Below are positions 57,552 to 64,000 of a stretch of DNA of 64,000 nucleotides, in pieces. Location: positions 1 to 64,000 of IMG/VR virus record IMGVR_UViG_3300029849_000006. One strand, written 5' to 3'. The first letter of the stretch is position 1, and each line of letters starts with the position of its first letter. The notes under the pieces were generated by a model. The model did not search any database. It saw only the letters and a list, made by a program, of their open reading frames with translations, and had not been told where the DNA came from. Made by a program: the position numbers and the translations under genes. Origin of the DNA: a virus. Its lineage: Duplodnaviria > Heunggongvirae > Uroviricota > Caudoviricetes.

Positions 57552-60500
57552 TTATTCCCTATTTACACTATTCAACAACTTCATCAACTTGCCGTTTTTA
57601 TTCAAAGACGTAGGCAAATTACCTCCTTCTTTTGCTGCCACCATATCCTTAATCTCTTCTGTTATGGCTGCCACAACAAAATCAACTATTTTTTTCTGAG
57701 GCGCAACAGCAAGTTCTTTAGACACATTATCCGCAAACCATACATTAGGAGTATCAAACGAATCTATTAACTCAGGTTTACCATTCTCCATAAGATAAAG
57801 CCTTGTCTCATATCCATAACCGTAACTTGTCTTAGGATCATAACCTTCAACCTTTACACCAAGCTTTCCACTGTTATCCAATATATCTTTAGCTGCATTA
57901 AGAAGCCAAACCTTTTGTTCTGGCATATCATCTAAATTATTACCAGATTCATTTATCATATCCGATAACACTTTCATCATTGAAGATACAGAAGCATAAG
58001 CGGGTGATATATCTGAATTTTCAAGCATCTTCGGATACCACATATTGGTATCACTTCCAAATGTAGGTCTTATAATACCACTTTCATATCCACCTATATC
58101 GACGGAAGGAGTATTAATACCAGGATCTATGCCATTATTTATCAACTCTGTTTCAGATACCTCAACAATATCTATTTCCTCTCTTTCACCAGTATGATTA
58201 GCAACCAAACTGTAAGTCTTCTCTCCATTGTCGGCTATTCCCGATTCTGTCAAAGAAAATGATTCAATAGTTGCCGATGATGATTTCGATTTACCAACAG
58301 GATGCTCTGCCATTTTCTTAGTAAATAGATCCCTGAGAACCCCCATCTCTCTATAACCAGCCTCCTTGGAGGTTAATTTGGTTGAATACGTTACTGTGTT
58401 AGGTGAATACAGTTCGAGATATTCTTTACGTATCTCATTTATACCATCATCTTGAACCTTAGTTATTTGATCAGCTATATTAATATCACTTACTGCATAG
58501 TTTCCAACGCCCTCCATTCCACTAATAGAATACAGTGCATTAAAAAACACCTTTTCTTCACCATCCGAGAAACTATTTTTTACATCATCGTATTTTTTTA
58601 AGAAATACCTGCCACTTTTGCTATCCCTCTCAAATACTTTAGATAAATCAATGCCATCATTTTTCACCCTCTTTCTTATAGTAGCTATATCAGCAGGCGA
58701 GAATCCTTTTTCATAATATCTTACTCCAGATTCTACATCGCCGACTGTACCTCTATTTTTTCTTAAAATATCATTAAGGGATAACGCTGTAGCATAGGCT
58801 ATATATTCTTCGGGTTTACCTCCTTCCTTCTGCGCGATCGCATTTGCTATTTCAGATACAATATTATCATAAATCTTATTCTCCTTCTTAATTCTATCAT
58901 TCTCTATATCCATCTTGTCTACAGCGCTATTAAGCTGCATATAAGCATCTGTGGCAGCTTTTCTCTCTGCCATAGGTAGCTTATCAAACATATCATTAGA
59001 AAGACCTCCATTGTCCTTTATATACTTAAGAAGTTTTTCTTCATCCATAAGATACTTGTATCCTGATGTTTCATCCGTCATATTTCTTGATATGGCAGCT
59101 TGAATATTTTTCATGTTTTCAGCACCAAGGGCCGTAGATAGTCTACTTCCGGATGTTACAAGATCTGTATATGCCTTATTAAACTTCTTATGAGTTTCTT
59201 CTGATATGCTAATATTTTTAGTTTCGATAGGATTAGCTGAAATAGTTCCACCAGAGTTTGTGCCAACGCCCACCTGCATGGCTCGGCTTCCAGCTCTGCC
59301 GCCTGCCGCTCCTGCACCAGAGGACATAAGTTTTGCTATTCTGGCTTCATTAAGCCTATTCTGCATCTTCAGACGTTCTTCGTCTAATCCAAATCTGGCT
59401 TCATCCTTATTCTTACCATATTCAAACTCTGCAATATCCCTATTTCTTTCATATTCAAATCCTATCTTCCATTTTTCGAAATTCAAATTAGCTAATCTTT
59501 CCCTCTGATTATATTCTTTGGTTTTCCAGTAAAGCTCGTCGGCTTTGATTATGAAAGACGAATTATCATAAGCATATGAAGCAGCAGCATTATTAATAAA
59601 ATTATTTTCAATAACCTTCATCGCTCCAAGATACGGATCGTAAGTCCTTTCATCCATTCTGCTAAATTCAGATTTCATGGAAGCTATTTCAGATTTGGCT
59701 CTCTTTATTTCATTTTCAACCATTTCTTTCTTTGCAGGATCAGAACCCAAACCGGAAAGATCGGCAGTAAGAGCATCAACATACCTCTGCTTATCACTTA
59801 TCTGCTTATTCATAAAACCAAGAACAGAATCATACGAATATAAAGAGGGATTAGAGTCTACCATGTAAATAGCCTCCACCTGCATCTGCTGCCTTGCTTT
59901 ATCTGATAACCCTGACAATGCGAAAGAAGCTATCTGTTCAGGAGTAAGCATATCCTTAGTTACTTCTTGTACTGCCCCGGTAGGATGACCATCCTTGTCA
60001 AGAATAGGAATCTGAACTTTAGCTCCTTTATGAAGCTTGCTTATAAAATCTATCCTATCTTTTAATTCCTTATTATAATCAGTATAAGGAGTATATTGAA
60101 GAGGAGCAAGACGGGAACCAGCCTTTCCATCATTCACCCATTCATTATACGGCTTTAAAGCCGCATAAGCATTCGCAGCAGAATAAAGTTCTGGATTATT
60201 TATTTGTAAATCAGATAGCATTTTATGCATTCTCCTGCCTTCTTTTGTGCCGGCAATCGCGTTAATGACCGTATCATCCAACACTGAACTGATCTCTCCT
60301 TGTATAGCTCTCGTAACACCATCAGAAGAAAGATCCACGCCTTTGAATTTTTGATTGATGTTAGCAATCACACCTGACATCTTATCTTCCATATAAGCGC
60401 GGGCTTCAGGCTTATCTATCTCTTGACCCATAAGATAATCTACCTGGGTATAGATCTTTTCACGAGCAGCATCAACCTTCTGCTGTTTGTACATCATGAC

Positions 60501-60575
60501 GTCCTTAACAAGATCTATGTTGTAAGGACTAACATACGGGGCATATTGCCTTAAAATACTATACTGTGAAGCCAC
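57552..60575 (-). CDS. large structural-module protein (1007 aa)
   Basis: ORF track; 4-nt gap to the neighbouring gene. Confidence 0.65.
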   Translation of the reverse strand: MASQYSILRQYAPYVSPYNIDLVKDVMMYKQQKVDAAREKIYTQVDYLMGQEIDKPEARAYMEDKMSGVIANINQKFKGVDLSSDGVTRAIQGEISSVLDDTVINAIAGTKEGRRMHKMLSDLQINNPELYSAANAYAALKPYNEWVNDGKAGSRLAPLQYTPYTDYNKELKDRIDFISKLHKGAKVQIPILDKDGHPTGAVQEVTKDMLTPEQIASFALSGLSDKARQQMQVEAIYMVDSNPSLYSYDSVLGFMNKQISDKQRYVDALTADLSGLGSDPAKKEMVENEIKRAKSEIASMKSEFSRMDERTYDPYLGAMKVIENNFINNAAASYAYDNSSFIIKADELYWKTKEYNQRERLANLNFEKWKIGFEYERNRDIAEFEYGKNKDEARFGLDEERLKMQNRLNEARIAKLMSSGAGAAGGRAGSRAMQVGVGTNSGGTISANPIETKNISISEETHKKFNKAYTDLVTSGSRLSTALGAENMKNIQAAISRNMTDETSGYKYLMDEEKLLKYIKDNGGLSNDMFDKLPMAERKAATDAYMQLNSAVDKMDIENDRIKKENKIYDNIVSEIANAIAQKEGGKPEEYIAYATALSLNDILRKNRGTVGDVESGVRYYEKGFSPADIATIRKRVKNDGIDLSKVFERDSKSGRYFLKKYDDVKNSFSDGEEKVFFNALYSISGMEGVGNYAVSDINIADQITKVQDDGINEIRKEYLELYSPNTVTYSTKLTSKEAGYREMGVLRDLFTKKMAEHPVGKSKSSSATIESFSLTESGIADNGEKTYSLVANHTGEREEIDIVEVSETELINNGIDPGINTPSVDIGGYESGIIRPTFGSDTNMWYPKMLENSDISPAYASVSSMMKVLSDMINESGNNLDDMPEQKVWLLNAAKDILDNSGKLGVKVEGYDPKTSYGYGYETRLYLMENGKPELIDSFDTPNVWFADNVSKELAVAPQKKIVDFVVAAITEEIKDMVAAKEGGNLPTSLNKNGKLMKLLNSVNRE

Positions 60576-63430
60576 TATTTGGTCCTCCTTCTTCTTTTAT
60601 TTTCGTCATCTTCTTCATTTAAACTTCTCAAGTAAGGTGTAGAATAATCACCCATATTCATCACATCCTGATTACCTTGAACGTAAATAATTTGGCCACT
60701 TGGAAGCATTCTCATATTCGGAGCTATGGAAGCTATGGTATTCAACGATGTACGAACATTGAACTTATTCTGTATTTCGCTGTTTATGCTATCATAATAA
60801 CGAGCAAGATTTTCATCCCTTATAGCCATAGCCTTCAATAACCCAGATTCATAACGTTGCCTTTCCGCTATGTTCTTATCGTCTGTCTGAACATAAGCCA
60901 TTTCATTGAATCTATCAGCTTCGTTTATTTGCCTTGCGTTATTGAAATTTACTTCGTTAATGTACTTGGCTATATTGCTTCCGGCTATGGCGTTCATATT
61001 AGCCAGAATAGCAGAGCGCTGGGAGTCGGGCACGTCACCTACTGCGTCCAACTGAGCCGATGTCGCGCGGTTGAGCTCGTTGATATACTGATCAGCAGAT
61101 TGCAGAACCGGATCTATTCTCGGAGCCTGATGCCTTTCCAATCCCTCTATCTCCAAGCCTGTATCGAGCGTTCTCAGCATCTCCGGGAAGATAGGACCGA
61201 ACGCCGCCGGTCTGCCCTGTCCTTTAGGTCCGTTGTCTTCAACCACCTCCTCTGTATCGGTGTCGGTTGCAGTCGTAGGCGTACTTGCTTTCGGTTTTAC
61301 CTCTATCCTTCCAGGAGATCCAATCTTAGGCGGTGTAAGGCCTGGTGCTATGGGACCGGCCTCAATAGGCTTCATTTCTGGTTTAACAGACTCAAGAACG
61401 AAGTCTATTTCCGGCATTAACCCACTATCTCTTAAAGCAACAAACTTATTATAATCGGAGCCCAGAATCTTCTTAGCGGCATCAGATTTATCACCAAATA
61501 AGTCAACATAATTCTTTATCCCTTTTTCGTTTAACAATCTTTTTTGCTCTGCCGAAACAACGTCCAACCCATAATAAGAACGAGTAGCTGTTGTCTGACC
61601 AAACTTATCATCTACGGCAAATGAATTATAAGCCTGATTCCCTCCGTAGCTTCCGGCGTCCTGGCCCCAGAATCCGTATTCATCTCTGAATTTCTTGGCT
61701 GCATCAGCATTCGTAATAGCGCCTACATCAGCTAACGCCCACAATGCATTTAATTGCCTGTTGTATCCTTTCTGGAAACCTTCTGTATCAAAATCACCAT
61801 CCGTATTGTACTTGTTAGCCCATCGGTTTATGTCGAGCAAATTAGATACCGCCTTATCATTTACCCTGCCGTATCCTAAATTGCTTCTATGTTGGAGATT
61901 CTGGTTGGCATTGACACTGGAATCAGGATTAAGAATCTGCTCACGACCACTAACATCAGATACAGTCATATTAAGAGTTCGTCCAAATAACTGATTAATA
62001 AGCTTATTGTAGCCGATAGCATTCTTTCTAAGTTCCTCCAGCTCCTTCTGAGTAGGTCCACCTTCAGCCATTTTTCTGGTTTGCTTAACATACTCGTCAT
62101 ATATCCAGTTCTTAGCATCTGATTCTGCAATATTAAAAGCCTTAGCTTGTTTCTTTACCTGATTCAGATCAACAACCCCGCCATCCCTGAAAAAAGCATC
62201 CATCCTCTCGTTACGCTTAGATTCTTCCTGTTTGCCATAAACGATTTCAGCGAAAGAACGAAATTGTGCTTCAAGCTCGTCTATCTCTTTCTGGTTTTCA
62301 TTGACGTACTTGGAAAGAATAGAAGCATTAAGATTAGATGTGTTTTTGTCTTTTACATCTTCATTTTTCTCTAATCTCTTATATACACGCTCCTGATCTT
62401 CGTACTTATCAGACAAACCTATCTTCTTCTTATATCGATCAAGGAGTGTAGCATACGTATCTTTTGACGTTGCCTTAATACCATAATTTTCTCTAACGTA
62501 AGAGGCAAACTCATCATCTATCTTACGATAATCGGAAACAATATAAGCCTCTGGCAAATCAACCGGAGTGCCACCATTTTCATGTCTGTTTCCTTTGGCT
62601 TCCATAGGCCCTACGGAGTCAGGAGTCAGCACGTACTCGCCTTTCTCTATCTCTACATTCGCAGCATCTTCCATAGACTTGGGAAGAGGATAAATATATT
62701 CGCCGGTCATATCAGACGTATCCATCTTCTGACCGTTACCTAAATTCACGCCACCACCTTCACGTTCCCACTTGATGAATTGCTGACGACGCTCCTTGGC
62801 AAGTTTTTCCCTCGCTGCCTGCTCGTCTCTGCTGGCTGCATACGCAGCAGATGAAGCTCCCATGATATTACGGGTAAGACCTAATCCTAAACTAACACCA
62901 GACAAGGCAGCTTGAGCCACATTAGCACCGACCTTATTACCGGCTCTTATCCGGCCAAGACTTGTACCGAACATTTGAGCTCTGCCGGTTAGATCGGGTG
63001 AATAATATGGGGTAGTCATAGGATCAAGAGGATTACCATCTTGGGAACGTTTTTCTTTAGAGGAATCAGCATCAACACCACCTACATTCATTGCATTATC
63101 AACGACTGATTTCTCTACGTTTTTAACCATACCCCTATTATCAGCGAGATATCCTGCATATCCTGCATCATTGTTTTCAAAAAACGGATCGGATGTAGGC
63201 ATACTACTAAATGGATTTATCTCCCCCTCCTCTGTTTCTAAAGTCACATCAGAAGGCATATATATATTCTGAATATCAGATTCACCCCATTTATTAACAG
63301 ACGTTCCATAATCAAGAATAGGCTGAGTAGAGGATACATTAATATCCTGTTTCTTATCCTGAACACTACCGCCAGGAGCGAATATCGGACGATTTTTTAT
63401 GATTCGTAATTTCATACTATCTTTTTTCAC
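60575..63430 (-). CDS. large structural-module protein (951 aa)
   Basis: ORF track; start/stop overlap with the downstream gene. Confidence 0.65.
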   Translation of the reverse strand: MKKDSMKLRIIKNRPIFAPGGSVQDKKQDINVSSTQPILDYGTSVNKWGESDIQNIYMPSDVTLETEEGEINPFSSMPTSDPFFENNDAGYAGYLADNRGMVKNVEKSVVDNAMNVGGVDADSSKEKRSQDGNPLDPMTTPYYSPDLTGRAQMFGTSLGRIRAGNKVGANVAQAALSGVSLGLGLTRNIMGASSAAYAASRDEQAAREKLAKERRQQFIKWEREGGGVNLGNGQKMDTSDMTGEYIYPLPKSMEDAANVEIEKGEYVLTPDSVGPMEAKGNRHENGGTPVDLPEAYIVSDYRKIDDEFASYVRENYGIKATSKDTYATLLDRYKKKIGLSDKYEDQERVYKRLEKNEDVKDKNTSNLNASILSKYVNENQKEIDELEAQFRSFAEIVYGKQEESKRNERMDAFFRDGGVVDLNQVKKQAKAFNIAESDAKNWIYDEYVKQTRKMAEGGPTQKELEELRKNAIGYNKLINQLFGRTLNMTVSDVSGREQILNPDSSVNANQNLQHRSNLGYGRVNDKAVSNLLDINRWANKYNTDGDFDTEGFQKGYNRQLNALWALADVGAITNADAAKKFRDEYGFWGQDAGSYGGNQAYNSFAVDDKFGQTTATRSYYGLDVVSAEQKRLLNEKGIKNYVDLFGDKSDAAKKILGSDYNKFVALRDSGLMPEIDFVLESVKPEMKPIEAGPIAPGLTPPKIGSPGRIEVKPKASTPTTATDTDTEEVVEDNGPKGQGRPAAFGPIFPEMLRTLDTGLEIEGLERHQAPRIDPVLQSADQYINELNRATSAQLDAVGDVPDSQRSAILANMNAIAGSNIAKYINEVNFNNARQINEADRFNEMAYVQTDDKNIAERQRYESGLLKAMAIRDENLARYYDSINSEIQNKFNVRTSLNTIASIAPNMRMLPSGQIIYVQGNQDVMNMGDYSTPYLRSLNEEDDENKRRRRTK

Positions 63431-63483
63431 AAAGATAAGAGAAACGAACGAGAAAATCCAACGTTATGGGATACGTTTAAAAA

Positions 63484-63975
63484 TCAATCATGTACGGCAG
63501 ACAAACCGCCCGAATCAGGGTCGTACTTAAGACCGCATGCCCGGCGATAGTTCTTAAGCGCTCTCTTGTACAAAAACAGCACTGTCTTGGAAACTATTTT
63601 CTTCATAGATTTGGTTAAAACCTCTTCTGTTGAAACAGACATCAGACAGCTATTCAAGAACGACCTGACATTAGAACCGAACAAGATCTTCACCATTTTT
63701 CTAAACGTTCTAAAAAGATATGATGCAGAAAGAGACTTTAACCCATTGCGAACCAGTCTCTTATTCAAATACGAAACAGCCTTTTCAGATAGACAGAGCC
63801 TATTCTTTCCTTCGCTATCTACCTCTGATGAAAACCACGAATATAAAGTGGTAGGATGTTTCTTAAGGTGATTGATGAAGGAAGTCATTATCCCTTCTTT
63901 TAAAGCCCTTTTGTGGGCTACGCATGCAGCAATCTTCTCTTCTCTTTTTAAAGAGCTGTCAAGGCATCTAAACAC
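63484..63975 (-). CDS. hypothetical basic protein (163 aa)
   Basis: ORF track; near the window edge. Confidence 0.4.
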   Translation of the reverse strand: MFRCLDSSLKREEKIAACVAHKRALKEGIMTSFINHLKKHPTTLYSWFSSEVDSEGKNRLCLSEKAVSYLNKRLVRNGLKSLSASYLFRTFRKMVKILFGSNVRSFLNSCLMSVSTEEVLTKSMKKIVSKTVLFLYKRALKNYRRACGLKYDPDSGGLSAVHD

Positions 63976-64000
63976 CGTCCTATCGTCTCCAATAAAATAC

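Noticed and set aside
51679-59868. Plus-strand ORFs inside the giant - strand genes (e.g. 51679..52074, 53247..53606, 59206..59508)
   Set aside because: Shadow ORFs antisense to long, well-composed - strand genes.
33970-64000. Looked for an integrase or recombinase that would pair with the tRNA-like attP-like elements
   Set aside because: No tyrosine or serine recombinase motifs were recognised among the ORFs in this window, so an integrative lifestyle cannot be asserted from this window alone.

Overview
This window reads as a phage-like genome segment of about 36% GC with two convergent gene blocks. The left block (about 1,000-33,900, + strand) is a densely packed early/replication-type module. 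It carries a Zn-ribbon/TOPRIM-like primase candidate, a DnaB-like helicase, an SF2 DEAD/DEAH helicase, two RecB/Cas4-family PD-(D/E)xK nucleases, a Pol-beta-type nucleotidyltransferase, a split P-loop ATPase, an acyl-carrier-protein-like gene next to an NfeD-like plus flotillin (SPFH) pair, DUF1566-like lectin domains and many small hypothetical genes. Several genes have strong Shine-Dalgarno sites. The right block (33,970-64,000, - strand) looks like a virion/structural module. It is dominated by giant ORFs (2140, 2238, 1007, 951 and 758 aa) and interrupted by an N-terminally truncated TnpB-like RuvC/Zn-finger nuclease. Non-coding features include a 15-copy iteron-like 21-bp tandem array at the left end, two tRNA-like T-arm/acceptor mimics, a recurrent terminator-hairpin family, GC-rich intergenic islands, and a ~350-nt hairpin-rich non-coding region containing a perfect GAAA-tetraloop hairpin. 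I found no CRISPR array, no rRNA, no canonical foldable tRNA and no integrase. Domain calls rest on motifs recognised by eye; no database search was run.
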